NCBI GenBank assembly: GCA_009602725.1
Contig: WELB01000017.1
Coordinates: 98,426-162,425, forward strand
Source: Spirogloea muscicola
Lineage: Eukaryota
Length of the DNA stretch: 64,000 nucleotides
Direction of reading: 5' to 3'
How positions within the stretch are numbered: the first letter of the stretch is position 1; each line of letters opens with the position of its first letter. Below, in pieces: positions 12,011-25,389 of this stretch. A program made the translations under genes and the position numbers. The notes under the pieces are model-generated. The model was not told where the DNA came from. It searched no databases and was given only the letters and a program-made list of their open reading frames with translations.

Positions 12011-14392
12011 TCACACTCCTCGTAAATCCGTAATGTCCAGGCTGCCAGAGTGGTTGACATCAAGCCTATCAAACTCCTTGCAGATTGACACAATGTCCTC
12101 CTTCTCAACCTTGCCAATCTCCTCCAACTTGAAGAGGACAAACTCTGCCAGGCTGAGACAATGGAAAACGAGCGACTTCTCAACTTTCTCTCCATCATGG
12201 CTGCTTGTGAATAGGCGAAAGGAAAAGAAAGTCAGCTATAGTAGGGCCCTCTGCAAAAGCATGCCAAATCGCTATCTGAGGTGGTGCCACAGGCCAGTGA
12301 ACCTAAAATTGCCCCCTTAGCTGCAGTGCTGGTATGGAAGTCCTACCTGACGCTGCCATTGTCGTCCAAATCAGCAGCTTCCAGGTCTGCATCCGTGAGG
12401 GCCCGGGACAGCGCCCACGCCGTCAGCTTGTGCTGGCGAGACTCCAGCCGATATTCAGCTAGGTAAAAGAAAAACTGGGCCACAAAGATGGTGGATCCCA
12501 GTAGCCAGGCAGTCGCAAACAGCCTGCCCTCCATGGTCTGCCACCAACGACGTCCTCACGTCAGGGAAATTCTTATTACTATGCAGCTGGCATCATGCGA
12601 AGCAATGCAGCAATAAAAGCAAGGCAACGAACATGCAGGCAGTGCGATGGAGCCACAGTACATGACCCACTTTGAAGCTGAGGTCACCGTAGCCCACAGT
12701 GGTCACAGAGACGCACACACAGTAGAGGGCGTCTGTGAGGGACATGCCCTCCACAAAGCACAACACACATACACCTGCTAGCAGGTACATGCCATTGATG
12801 ACATACTGGTTCTCCATTTCTTTAAAGCCAGCTGGCAGGGTGATGAGCAAGTGAGTGCAGTCTACCAGTGGAGGCCAATTCTGCAAAGGGGACAGGCTTG
12901 TCGAACTTCAGGCAAATTAGCAAGAGAATGGTTGAGAGGAGAGCACTTGTGTCTGACCTGCCGACATGCCCAGGAGGACGAGGGTTAGGCACAGCCAGAT
13001 CTTCCTGCGGCAAGCTGAACCCTCAGGAGCACTGTCTTCATTGCCCCTGGCAGCATACCATGGTGCTTTAGTTGAAGTCAGAAAAATGATGTGGAGCGCA
13101 GGGGAGAAGTACACTGTAGAGCCCAACAACTTGATACATGTCACACTACCATCATATTCGCAAGTAAAAGCGCTGACCTGCTTTTGGCATATCAGCTGTC
13201 AGCTGAGCAGCATAGCTATTAGCGTCTGATGGTGACTATCTCACCTGTCCTCCTGGAAAGCTTGCAGCAGAAGCTTCTCTTGCTTCTCCACAATGTAGTT
13301 GCCGGCTGCGCTGGAGACAACACCCGCAATCTGTCAGGTCTCCATTTCCATCGTTTTGAAACAGCAGTAGTCAGAGTTACCGCGATGCATAGCAAAGCAC
13401 AAGACATCAGTGCTGTGTTTGCACCTTCCAGTCTTCTCGGACCTTGTTCATTCTTTTTGGGCTGGCCTCTTACAGCTATCGCCTTGCTTTGAAGGAGCTG
13501 TTTGTTGCTTGCTAGTGTTTATCAGAGAGTACATTCAATGTAAACAGGGGTTGCACCTTAGTACGAGATCAACGACAGCGAAGCCGACAAAGACAAAAGC
13601 GCAGGTGATGAGCTTGGCGCGATTGTTGGCTGGGTGAAGGTCCCCGTAGCCCACGGTCGTCATTGTGACAACGCAGAAGTAGAACGCATCGACCACCGTC
13701 ACCGTCTTCTTGCCCTCGATGTCGTCAAAGTGAGAGAAGTACGTGACGAGTCCGAGCGCGAAGTAAACGGCCACAGCAATGCACGCTTGGAGCAGGATGG
13801 AAGGAGTGCTCGAAGTGTCGATGGTGGAGGCGGGGCTTTGCTTCTGGCCGCCTGAGGCCGCACCATCGCTGGCCTGCGGCCCCGTCTTGGCTCGAGAGCT
13901 GGTCTTTCGCTGCAGACGCTGCCGAGCGCTGCATACCAACAGACGTACCAAGTTGCGCCGACTTACTCGTCAAATGGTTGACTACATGCCATGATCACCA
14001 TCCAAACAATCAGATGTACAGCATCATGGAGAACATCTTCTTAAGTATAAGAGCGAGCACTGCAGCTCGGCAATCAGTGGTGACGACTAACGAAGAAGCA
14101 TCTGGCGACATGGGTGTCGTTAGCCTCCAAGCTCTGCTCAGAAAGCAGCGCTCCAGGGCGCAAAGCCAGTGGCCACTCTCGTTCACAGTGCAGCCGGCTG
14201 CTTGCATCAGCTCGCGACGACGGTGACGACGGGCAGGGCGCTTCGTAGAAGGTGCCCCGGGAAGCCGAACCTGTCGACGTCCTTGAGCAGCTTGATGGTG
14301 GGCGTGGCGGCGAAGGTGACGCGGCGCCCGGCGGCCCTGCTGCCGCGCTCGCGCCCGGAGCCTCCCAGCAGCGGCGCCTCGCCGGCGTCCAT
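12011..14392 (-). CDS. TPK: Two-pore (tandem-pore) K+ channel, TPK/KCO family
   Basis: Two pore loops, DAFYFCVVTMTTVGYGD and DALYCVCVSVTTVGYGD; C-terminal EF-hand-like DLEAADLDDNGSV and EFDRLDVNHSGSLD; ATG at 14392, TGA at 12011-12013. Confidence 0.93.
13437..13480 (-). repeat. Single motif-M copy inside a TPK intron
   Basis: GGACCTTGTTCATTCTTTTTGGGCTGGCCTCTTACAGCTAT is the reverse complement of the M consensus. Confidence 0.8.
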
Positions 14393-14686
14393 GGCCGCGG
14401 CCGCACCGCTCAGCTCAGCTGGCCACGCCGCTCAGCTCAGCTGGCCGCAGTCCCGCCGCTCGAGCCGGCACTGGCAGCGCCCGGGCCTGGCGCCGCCGCC
14501 AGTCNNNNNNNNNNNNNNNNNNNNNNNNNNNNNNNNNNNNNNNNNNNNNNNNNNNNNNNNNNNNNNNNNNNNNNNNNNNNNNNNNNNNNNNNNNNNNNNN
14601 NNNNNNNNNNNNNNNNNNNNNNNNNNNNNNNNNNNNNNNNNNNNNNNNNNNNNNNNNNNNNNNNNNNNNNNNNNNNNNNNNNNNNN

Positions 14687-17406
14687 CGGCGGCGGTGACG
14701 GCGGCGGCGGCGCGCGGCACGCCTGCTTCGCGCGCGAGGCGGCCGGCCGCGTCTTCTGCAAGGCCGCCTCCGGCAGGTAGTTGCGCTCCAGAGGCTGCTC
14801 TTCGCCGCTCTCGGAGTCTTCCCCGTGAGCTCCGTCGTTGAGGCTTGGCGCGCTGCTTGCTTTGCGAACGGTGGCGCAGCCGACGTCGCACCGGCTGCGT
14901 CACCGAGAGACGGCCCGTAGCCACGCCGGCTCACCTGCCTCCGCCGTTGGCCGCCTTGCACTGGCCCGCGATCACGGCCTTGCGCCCTGCTGGTCGCGGC
15001 GCTGAGACATGATCTATCTTCCCACGAGTGGTGCTTTGCGACGGCGAGCCTCGGACGTGGTGCAAGAAGGACTTCCGCAACCCCTGACTCCCCGTCTCGA
15101 GGCCCTTTTTCGCCTGCAGGGGCGGCAGCCGGTCGCTGCCTGCAGCAGCTGCCAAGCCGATCACGGCGTGAACGCCAGCAGCCGCTTGCACCTTCGCCTC
15201 CTCACCCACGGGTGACCTGGTGCGTGCCCCTTGCGTGCTCGCACACCGTCGTGCGTCCTTCTGACTCGCAAATGTTGCTTTGGGAGGGGGCGCTGCTAAG
15301 GGTTTAAGGGTTTGTGTTCTGGGTTCCAGGTCTGCCCTTGGCTTTGACAGTGCTTGACAGTGCTGCACGATGGCTAGTGGCGTATGTCGGCTTCTCAGGC
15401 GACCGCCTTTTGTACGCAGGGGCTTGACAACACAACGGCTATCGAGATACTGGCGCCAGCCACATAATGACAGAGGAGCGAGCACTTCTGCTGGGAAGCC
15501 TGCCCGAGCCCGTTGTGGATGTGGGTTTCCGGCTGAGATAAACAACGTGACATTTGCATGTAGCTGTACGCCTGCCTAATGTCATGAGATGGTGTGCTAT
15601 GAGCTGACTCAGCTGTGCCGCTTAGCTTGGACAATGTGCTCTGTGGCTGCTTTGGTACAGCTTCATCGGCTTGTTTCCTTGAGCTTGCTATCAGAGGGGA
15701 CGGGTGCCACGAGCTAGCAGCTCTGACTGGTAGCTTCAGAAGCACATTTTCATTGTCAGTCTCACTGGATCGGGATGTGCTGCCTTGCCCACCTATGTGG
15801 ACAAGCACAGTTTATGGAGGGAAACTGCAAGGAGACGCAGAGATACCTTCATATGCAAGAACAAATGGCCTTGTAGAAAGGGTAAGTCCCATCTCTAACA
15901 TCCCCTCTCTCCTTGACTTTCACATCATAGGCATGCACCGTGCTGTGTAACCTGCTTCAGCAGCAGTATGGTGTACAGATAGTGCCGTGTTTGATCTCGT
16001 CATAATAATATCACCACAATTTGTGAGTAGGCTCAACAGTCATACTTACACTGTGCGCTCCTAACATTCGAATGGCCAGAGGGGAGAGTTGGTGAGCAGC
16101 AAGGGTGCTATCCCCCCCCATGGGTTCCGTGGCAGATATGTTTGCCACTGCAGCTCAATATCGTCAGCACAGCCTGAACCAGGACAACCTTCCCCAATGC
16201 CGGCTCAGGTATGTGGCAGGCAGGAAGCTCTTGGAGGTCGACATGCAATTGCTCAACATGCACCACCGTTCTTTCATCATCGGAGTGTCACAATGAGTTG
16301 CCCTTGTCTGAGTTCTGCAAGGTCCGGAGAAGCTGATTGTCCATATCTTTTGACGCAAATGCAGCCACCACAATCATCCCCTGCAGGATTCCCACCCTGG
16401 ACAGTCCCGTGGAAAGCCGACACTATTCTACAGGCATGTTTCTCAGCCCCATGTTTCAGTCATACCGGTTGCTTTAAGAGCAGAAGGGACTAGGGATAAT
16501 TGTTGGGGGGGGGGAAGGAGTCTCCCTGACTTGGGGAAAATTTATCTAGCTCATCCTTGTGGATCTTGATGGCCACAGTGGGACACTGTCTCATAGTCTC
16601 TAGATGCTTGTTTCCTGTCTGTGAAGAGGAGAGGTGCATTTTCGTCACATAGTTTGCACAATGGAAGGGGCGTTCTTGTGTGCTGTTTCAGTCACATCAG
16701 TCTTCTTTGCTGTTTGGGGGTGTATGCACAGGTCATGTTCCTGTGGTTTGCTGCATTCTGGTTGGTGGGCTCATGGGCCATTCCAATGGCAGCGCACGCC
16801 GTCGGCTGCAATCGAGCTGTGCTGACTTACAGAGGACAGGCCCTGTACAGCCTCGTGACGGACTTGGCCGAGATGACAATCGGCCTCACCATCCTGCACC
16901 GCTGCCTGGCACGGTTCCAGCCGCTGCCGCATGGCTGGTTCCCCGTGAACTTCAGAGGCAGGTGGTACATGGAGACGCTGCTTGGCTGCCTCATGTTCCC
17001 GACTGTCAACCTTCTCTCCCAGATCAACATCAACCTGGTGCCCTTTCCTTTACCAGGCGCGTTTCCTACGACGACGCACTTTGAGCAATCTCTCGTGGCC
17101 AGAGATCCTATAGCGGTGGTGCTGTATGTTGTGGTGGTATCCGTTTGCGCTCCGATCTGGGAAGAAGTCATCTTCCGTGGATTCCTGCTGGCCTCGCTTA
17201 CTCGCTATCTACCAGTGTGGGCGGCCGTCGGCACCAGTGCCTTGGCCTTCGCGCTCGCACACTTCAGTCTCCAGCGGCTGCTGCCCCTGTACTTCCTGGG
17301 AATTGTTATTGGTGTTGTTTATGTTCGATCACGCAACCTCCTGGCGTCCATGGTGCTGCACTCCCTATGGAACACATTTGTTTTCTTGGAGCTCCTACGA
17401 TGTTGA
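14687..17406 (+). CDS. CAAX amino-terminal protease / CPBP (Abi) intramembrane metalloprotease; 5' end probably in the gap
   Basis: PPWTVPWKADTILQ-VMFLW.., APIWEEVIFRGFL (EExxxR), FALAH, SRNLLASMVLHSLWN (HxxxN). Confidence 0.92.
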
Positions 17407-19222
17407 TTGCAACATAGTATCAGACTGTGGCCCATTGACGTGCTTTTCTTCTTCCCCAATCCTAACGGGCTGCATGCTTCACAAGGCTCTGGTCCTGCAA
17501 GATGACCACCCTCGTCTGTTCAATCGATCCAACTGGCCCAACTGCCTCAAGTGATGCAGTTGAGGCAAGACATTATTGAAGGTGAGAGCTTGCACCTTCT
17601 TAAGTAACTCTGCTTGAGCAATGATTTGCACATGGAGTCTGGGGCTGTGTCTTTGAGCTGCCAATCAAAGCATGATGAGAATGGATAATGCAAGATTGCA
17701 ACATGTCAAGTGATTCGTCCACGCAATTGTCGTCCATCGATATGTCGTGACAATGCCTGTCTCACAGTTGTGCCTAGGATATGTGCAGGTGATATTTGGC
17801 AGCGCCACGCACAACTGGAACCTGTGAAGCTTTATGTAGACATCCAGGTGAACACTGGAAACACAAGATGATCATTGTTGATGCATGTAGGTCAGATTGC
17901 GTGGGCTCCCTCACTCGTCCCCACATGATGTCTTGCTTGTTCTTGATGCTACGATCTGCTGACTTTGGCCTGTGTTATTAACAGTGCCTTGAGCCAGTGT
18001 GTCCAAAGAAAGACGGGGTATATTATGCAAATTTCTTCCTGGATAAGCAATTACTGGATAGCCATATGTGGTCCTCGTCAGCAGACCAATTTTAGAAAGT
18101 AGAAGTAGATAGCAAGAAACTTGGTGATGTATGAATACTCATCTGCCTCGTCACAGGCAGAAAGAGCAGCAGAAGGGCAATGGTAGGCCAAAAGCATTAG
18201 ATTACTTTACAGAACACTCCACTAGTTGTTAACAGCAGCCCCTTGGAGAGTACTATGTACTGCTTAGCATTCAATCTTTGTAGCTGGTTCGATATACTTC
18301 TTGAGATGCTGCAAATGGTGATTGGAAGACACTTCCTGATATCCCTCAGCTTGGGGGCAACCTGAACACACTGTCGACCTGTCTCTCTGCAACCCCCATC
18401 TCATATGGAGATCAATGAGGAGAACACAGTCACACACTGGAGACGTGTAGCCAAAATAGCACGTACATGCTTGAAGACACCATTCCAACCATGCCTTGAA
18501 GCAATATATGCTTACTCAAAGATTGAATAGAGTGCTGAGCTAGAATTGCCACGTCAATAAGGTCCTGAAAATACTAACAAAATGACCATATCGTGCAGAG
18601 TGATGATTTACTTAGTTGCTCGAAGACGATGATCACAGAAGATTTGCCTAATGGGACGCATAAGGTCACCTTTGAAGGAATCTTTTGTAAATTGTTCATG
18701 ACATGTGACCCTCAGCTTACATTTCATTTTTTGTCCAGAGTAACTCAAACAGGATGTAATGTTCGGCTTAACCCGTGAAGCCTATATGCAATTGACCAAT
18801 TTGGCGCATCCATATCCTGCTTTTTGTGTACAACGTATTTTGCTCTGTGGCTGACCGTGGTTGTGTTACTAAGTATGCTGTAAGGAGAATGATTTCGCAA
18901 AGATTGGCGAAGTTCGTGCCACTGCAGGTCCGTCACATGCAGCTGAGATCAAAAGCACACAAGGCAGTGATTTGCAGCCCTGCCCTTTTCTGGTACTCGT
19001 CCGAATGCATCACAAGGCAATGCGTCTGGTCGCCTTCCCTTTTCCAATGGTGGTCTTTGCAAAGCAGCTCTGGCTTCATCTGTCAATTTTACAGGAATGC
19101 AACACAAGGCCCTGTGTCTCATGAAATTGGCTTCTCCAAGGTGGTTGTGAGTAAGCATCCTGCATCCTGCCTCAAGAATGTTGGGCATGCTTGCTTTTAT
19201 GTCAAACTACCAAGGAAGGGTG

Positions 19223-21238
19223 CTAGTGAGCAGACATTGGAAGCTGAGATTCTTTCTTGTTCCTATCTTCCAGACTCTGATGTTTAAGATCTTCCGAGGC
19301 TTGTTGGTCATCTACATGTTCTGCTTTGTGGTCATGGATTACACGTCTTGAAGGCAGATTCCTTAGAGCATCTGACGCTTGCATAGCTGCACGTGAACCT
19401 TTCAAGTCGTGGAGCCTAAAGGTCCTAGGAAGTATTGAAGGTACATTGAGCTCTAGATCCTCCATGAGCTTCTGCAGCACTCTCACAAGCATGTCCACAT
19501 CTGCCTTGGCTCTGTGAGGAGTCCCTGCAGCTGGTAACTTGTAGTGGCTGTACAACTCCATTAGGCCTGCCTTCTTGGGTTGACTCTTGCCACCTGTTGA
19601 AAGTCAACAGAACAAGCACAGGGAGTCCAAGCTAGCTCAGAGCCCTGTAGGCAGCAAGCTATACCAGCAAACAGCCAGAGGTGTCCGACGCATCCATGGC
19701 CACACTGTCACAAAGCAAATCACTAGCGGCATAAAGCTCAAAGGCCGGCTGCGCACGCACTTCGTAGAGCCTCCCGGGCAAGGGAAAAGGTGTCTAAGAA
19801 AAGCCCTGAGGACGGGATGTCAACTCCTACTCGTCTACATTCCTGTACGAGGAAAGGTACCTGTAAGCAATGCCGAAACAAGACATGAGCTTATTAAATA
19901 ACGACAACAGTATCGCCTCTGTAAGTTGCATTCTGCAGGATCATTTGCAGGGCATAAATTGGACATCTGTCCTCAGTGAAGGATTGCACTGCTCCCATCC
20001 ACAATGTAAACTTGCTATGCCATGGCACTTAAGGGGTGTCAAGATGCTTCTGGCGAGCAAGACTTCTGTGCATCAGAGAGCAGAGAGCGTGCAAACCAGC
20101 ACAGACATCAAAGGTCTTCGCGTTGTGGGCTGCTAGGACCACAGGAGCATCTCCAACTTGACGAAAGTTGACAAAGGCCACAAGAGCCCGTGCAACCACA
20201 TCCCACCTGAATGAAATTACAAGAATGCAGCATGAGTACCTCAATACCATGCGCTGGCTTCTATCTACAGGTTTCTATGACGCAGTCAATAACAGTAACG
20301 CGCACTTAAGATGACGCTCGACAGCTGGTCAGTGGCCCATCACTATCACTTCAACTCTTATCAAGTTGCACGAGTTACGTCCTCCGCCTGCTCCCATATT
20401 GGGGACCTGGAAGCTGCCTGATTGCAGCAAGAAATGTTGCCGCACAATGCACTACCGAAACTTGACCGCGGAACGCTGGGGCGGTTGACATCAGAGCTCC
20501 TGATGTTGTGGACGTGGGTGTTGGTGACCACGAGGTCGGGGTTGACGAGGGTGACCATCGTGCTGTACGGCCCCCCGGCGAGGTCACGGGCGGCGATCTC
20601 GATGATCCGCGCATTCGCATGCAGGAAACCGGAGGTCTCCAGGTCGAAGACGATGATGGTCACCCGCCTGGCGCTACCTCTGGCCGCGCTGCAATCGGCA
20701 AGTTGCACAAGCTCAGCTTCTTGTCGTTTCTAACCGCCACTCGTCTTGGGTTCCCATGCTGGCCTGGCGCAACGCGCTACAGGTGGCCGTCTAGCAGAAG
20801 AGACTAGACATGATGGGAAACGGACCATGATACAGCACGCTTGGACGTTGATATAGCAAGCGATGGCTTCAGCGGCGGGAGCAGCCTGACCTGCTGCACA
20901 ACACGGCAGTGGTGGAGCGTCGGACGTGAGCTCCCAGGCACCTGGCTCCCCGCTCGGAGCACCGCAGCCTCCCAGCGGCACCTATGCTCAGCCGGCGGGT
21001 GCGCTCGACAAGCGGCGCCAGCCGGGAGACGACGGCGCCGAGGCAGCCTGGCGCCGCAGGAGGAGGCACACGCGGGAGCGCTCAGGACGGGCGACGCTGG
21101 AGGCATCGGGCGCCGGCAGCGGGGAGCTCCCGCAGGGCCGCCGCAGGCTATGGATGCAGAGCAGCGAAGGCGGAGCAGCGCCCGGCGCGGCGCGCACCCG
21201 GCGGCGGCGGGCGGCGCGGAAGGAGCGCGGTGCCGGCC
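19223..21238 (-). CDS. DPD1: DPD1-like DEDDh 3'-5' exonuclease; 5' end in or beyond the gap
   Basis: IVFDLETSG..RIIEIAARDLAGGPYST..LVNP / LAAHNAKTFD-VPFL..FLDTFSLARE / LYSHY..HRAKADVDML (Exo I, II, III), closely resembling plant DPD1 as recalled. Confidence 0.85.
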
Positions 21239-22229
21239 NNNNNNNNNNNNNNNNNNNNNNNNNNNNNNNNNNNNNNNNNNNNNNNNNNNNNNNNNNNNNN
21301 NNNNNNNNNNNNNNNNNNNNNNNNNNNNNNNNNNNNNNNNNNNNNNNNNNNNNNNNNNNNNNNNNNNNNNNNNNNNNNNNNNNNNNNNNNNNNNNNNNNN
21401 NNNNNNNNNNNNNNNNNNNNNNNNNNNNNNNNNNNNNNNNNNNNNNNNNNNNNNNNNNNNNNNNNNNNNNNNNNNNNNNNNNNNNNNNNNNNNNNGGCGG
21501 CGGTGGCGGCGGCGCCGCCGAGGGCGCTGGTCCGGGGCTCCGCGGCGGCCAGGGAGCCATGATGCCGGCATCCGAGGACGGCTCCGGCCACGGCGGCGGC
21601 GGCAGCTCCCTGCTGTCCCCGAGCGAGCGGCAAACGGTGGGAGACTGCTCCTCGCCAGGAGTCCATTGCCGCGACCGACCGCCCGGCGGGCCCCGCCGGG
21701 CCCTCCTGCGCCGCCTGCGGCGCTGGCGAGGAACGCAGGCAATGACCACGCCTCGCCAGCCCCCGCCGAGGCGGCGGCGGCGCAGGAGGGCCCGGCGGGG
21801 CGGTCGGTCTCGGCAATGAGACTCCTGTTCCGTTCCTCGGCGCGCGACTGGCAGAGCCGTTCATTGCTTCAGTCACAAGTCTGCAGCAACTCGCCGTCTT
21901 CACCGACGAGAAGTGACGGGTCACGCTCAAAATGACGGGAGCTAGGCCTCGCGCCGATGCGGACGGACGCAGCGGCGTGCAACCTCTGGCCATGGCAATG
22001 GCCTGCTCTCCCGCCCTGCGGTTCTACTCGGGCCGCAGGTCTTGGGAAGAGCGCTTGCTGACGCTGGTTGTGATCGTGGAAGCGCGCCCGCCACGATCAG
22101 CCAGCAGATGCACCGTGTTGTCTTAGGTCACTGGTGGCGTAGAGGCAGCATGGACTTAGCCAGGCACGGGAATAGCAGGACAGGACTGCGAGAGGATGAC
22201 TGAGCTTGGCCTCCACGGCCACCTAATAT

Positions 22230-24042
22230 TAGCACGGGAGGCTGGTGATGAGCGTGCTCACGTCACAGCTGCTGGCTCTCCTTATCGGCAGCCCGGCCTG
22301 ACGCCTATGGTCCTGGCTCTGCAGGATGGTGAGGAGCGCAGTGTGGTTGCAGGCGACCTCGAACAGCCCTACCCAGACATCTACACCTCGGAGCCCCCAG
22401 ACAATCACGGCAAGTTCTCACACTAAGTGCCGGACTCATGTTGTAGGCTTGATATATCAGCCTCTTTGCAACAACTGTCGCGCCCGCTGCTGCTCGATAG
22501 CATTGCTGTTTTTGGGAGGGCGTCAACGGAGGAGAGCCCCACTCTTTGTCACAGCAAGGGACAATACAATATGTGAAATCACCTTGTTGTGTTTTGACAC
22601 AAAAGTTTGTGGCCTTACAAAATAGATCTTCGCACTTTGTAAGTGATCAAGCAATACGTGTCTACAGGGCCGGGCACCTCAATAGATGAGACGCTCACGG
22701 CCATCAAGGAGAAAATGTGGAACTACGGAGATGGTAAGATGCAAAGGTGTCAGGCACCAGATAATAAGGAACTTACAGATCTCACACTCCGCGGAGCACT
22801 TATGTCATGCCAGGATCCCTGCCAGCAGCACAGTTGTCATACAACCTTGCCTTCCTGGTCGTGTATCAATGAGTTACGGTGGATTGACTATCCTCAAGTC
22901 AACCTAGTCCTACCTTATCTTGATGGTTCACAACAATTACCTCTTGCAGCACTATCAACATTACACGACTGGCTTCTACTTGCATTGCTTGCAGCCGCTC
23001 TGAAGGGGGTTGCTGAGGTGCTCGTTGGCTTTGGCATCAGTCCAACAATCCTTGGTTACTCGTATCCTAAAAGAGGGAAGCAACTTGCAATGACGCAGCA
23101 TGCACATGCACTGCATCTATAGACAATGATCTGTCATTGTGGCTGGTGATGTGAACAATTCTGCCTTGATAAGAAACTGCAAGCATGCCTTGACCATTTC
23201 TTAGCGAGGAGGATATCTTCATGGACGGTGAAGGGGAGGAAGGAGTGCCACGGCTCAAGAAGGATCGAGTACTATCCACGTCCTCGTACTCGCGAAGGTC
23301 AGAGGAGCATGTGAAAAATCGTCGGATGAAGGACGATGAGGAGCAAGAGGACGAAGCAGAACCTTTGGAAGGTCCGTGCTGTGGCTTACCGGCAGCTGCG
23401 TGCATGGCATGACATTTGTCAAGCTCACAAGGACCACCTGCAAGAAGTACTTGCTGGGGTCTCTCTCCTTGCTGTTGAGCTTTCCTTTGAGACAGTCTGG
23501 AATCGTCTAACCTGAAAACAACGACCGTGGCTGTCTCCTCACTGTCATATGAACTGATGTGGCTATTTTTTGTAGTGCAGATGAAGTAAGGCCTGCTCCC
23601 ACGTGGGAGGAAAGCTTTGAGGCATTTGGAGATGACAAAAAGGACAAGTAGAACCTGATGAGGCTAATCTGATACTCCTGTGTCTGCCTCAAAAGGTTGT
23701 GGCAAGAAGACAGTAGCCTCTTGTTGTCTCACTTTCCTATATAGCTGAGTGCCGTGCAGTATGGGCATTGCGTTGCCACTTAGATATACCAAGCACATGC
23801 TTAGGATACTGTCCGTAGCAAGGAGGCAAGGTAGTCCAAGGTGGATGTTGTCACTGCCCTGCACTTGAGCTTGATGCAGGATTGACATAGGTGACATCTG
23901 TACAAAAGCGAGGCTATGAAGTGTGCTTTTGCTGGCAACCTGTGTGAGCTTGCGCCGTTGCTTTCACTTGACTTCGTACTGCAGTGACTGGCTTACGACC
24001 ACGGGTCCTGATCAAGAGCATGGGTCATGCCCAAACGGCTGA
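22230..24042 (+). CDS. Unknown acidic protein, about 6 exons, start unresolved
   Basis: Phase-consistent exons DGEERSVVAGDLEQPYPDIY / GPGTSIDETLTAIKEKMWNYGD / AALKGVAE / EDIFMDGEGEE..EDEAEPLE / DEVRPAPTWEESFEAFGDDKKD / DWLTTTGPDQEHGSCPNG*; no family recognised. Confidence 0.45.
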
Positions 24043-24654
24043 GCATAATGTCGGCTGACAACGTAGATGCAACAGCTGGACATTCAGGCGAGGTCCCTCC
24101 GAAGGTCGATGCAGACTGCGACCAGGCTTGTAGAAATCATGGAGGGATATTGCAATCACTGTGTTAGAGCATATTGCGGCCCTGCTTTTCGAAATCAAGA
24201 ATTAATTTTGTGATGCATCACCTCCTCATCGCACCTGTCCACTATCTGCCTATATCGCACTGTCACGTTTGTCTCAAGTGCCTGTCTGGACGAAGGCAAA
24301 ACAGATGGAGGCTTCCTCTGAGTCACTGATCTTTCACCTCGGCCTCCCGATGTAACTGCAGCTTCAGGACAACAGTCTTACGAGGTCCAAAGGCCAGATG
24401 TGAGAGCAGTACCACAGCAATTGTAATGCTCTTAGCCGCCTTGCAGGGGTTTGGGACTGCAGCTGGACTGGCTAATGAACAGCTTAGCAGAGAATGTGGA
24501 TGACAATGACCAGAGTCACCAACAATCGGGCAGGCAGCCGAAAATTCATGTATATAGCATTGGGCTTCGTCTTATGTAGCCCCGCTTTCTGGACTAGCTT
24601 TTGCCTGAGCAATGCATTGACTTGAGTTGGCCACCCTTTTGCTTAGAAGAGTTG

Positions 24655-24800
24655 AGGCATCTAGTATTCATGCATCGATTAGTGACCTTTATGTTTTGAC
24701 CCGTGGTTATTGAGCGGGTCAATCTGCTGTAGGTTATGTAGATCTTCAGATGTGCTTGCCGTTGTACTCGGCCATTTGACCTACATTTGTTTCTTATACG
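24655..24800 (+). mobile_element. CRE-like non-LTR retrotransposon 3' end (ORF end plus 3' UTR)
   Basis: Encodes SSIHASISDLYVLTRGY*, matching SGIRASVSDLYVLTRGY* near 40110 on the minus strand; the UTR matches the reverse complement of 53570-53672. Confidence 0.75.
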
Positions 24801-24859
24801 CGGAAACTTTCGCTTAGAAGAGGCTCGCTTTCTTCTTTTTCACTTCACGCGCACAGCGC

Positions 24860-25228
24860 TACTTCCCTGGTCGACGTTGTTGTTACGGAGGCATATAAAG
24901 GCCCAGCATCGACACACATCGCTGGGCACGCAGTGGGCGGTGCAGAACAATGAAAACTGCGGCACTACTCAGATCACCCCCAATGCGATCAGCTCCTGCC
25001 AGCGGCAATCGACATCTTTGGCTGTCTGGTTCCTCGTTTCCACACTCTCCTTCAAAACATTGCCAATCTAGGCTACACTCGACGTGCAGATAAGTTTCCG
25101 GCTGAGATGGCCTTGCCAGCTGCACATCTGTCGCGCTTGCAAAGACGAGTTTCGGCCTGTTTGCAGCGTGCTCAGGCTAGTGCCTTGCACCAGAAAGCTG
25201 GGCGAGCTCTAGTTGGCTTCTCGGACAT
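24860..25228 (+). mobile_element. CRE-like non-LTR retrotransposon RLE-domain fragment (pseudogenised)
   Basis: LVDVVVTEAYKGPASTHIAGHAVGGAEQ*KLRHYSDHP..LLPAAIDIFGCL..FHTLL..RLQRRVSACLQRAQASALHQKAGRAL; the stop at 24951 is likely CGA>TGA; D..AE..K..Y and LQRAQA are typical RLE C-terminal motifs. Confidence 0.8.
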
Positions 25229-25370
25229 GCATCTCCTGTCTAGAGGTTACTGACCGTTCCCTGGCTGATGTCTTAGTCCTAGTCGTTCGCACTCAGGCTC
25301 CCTCAGACTTTGTCCATTCTTTTGGGCTGGCCTTTCCCAGCCACCAGTCAATCTGGCCGCGCTTCCACTT
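25229..25370 (-). mobile_element. Motif-M block
   Basis: Nearly identical to about 30862-31000; 25330-25366 is the exact reverse complement of 29661-29697. Confidence 0.85.
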
Positions 25371-25389
25371 CTAGTTGGTGGCAGTAGAA

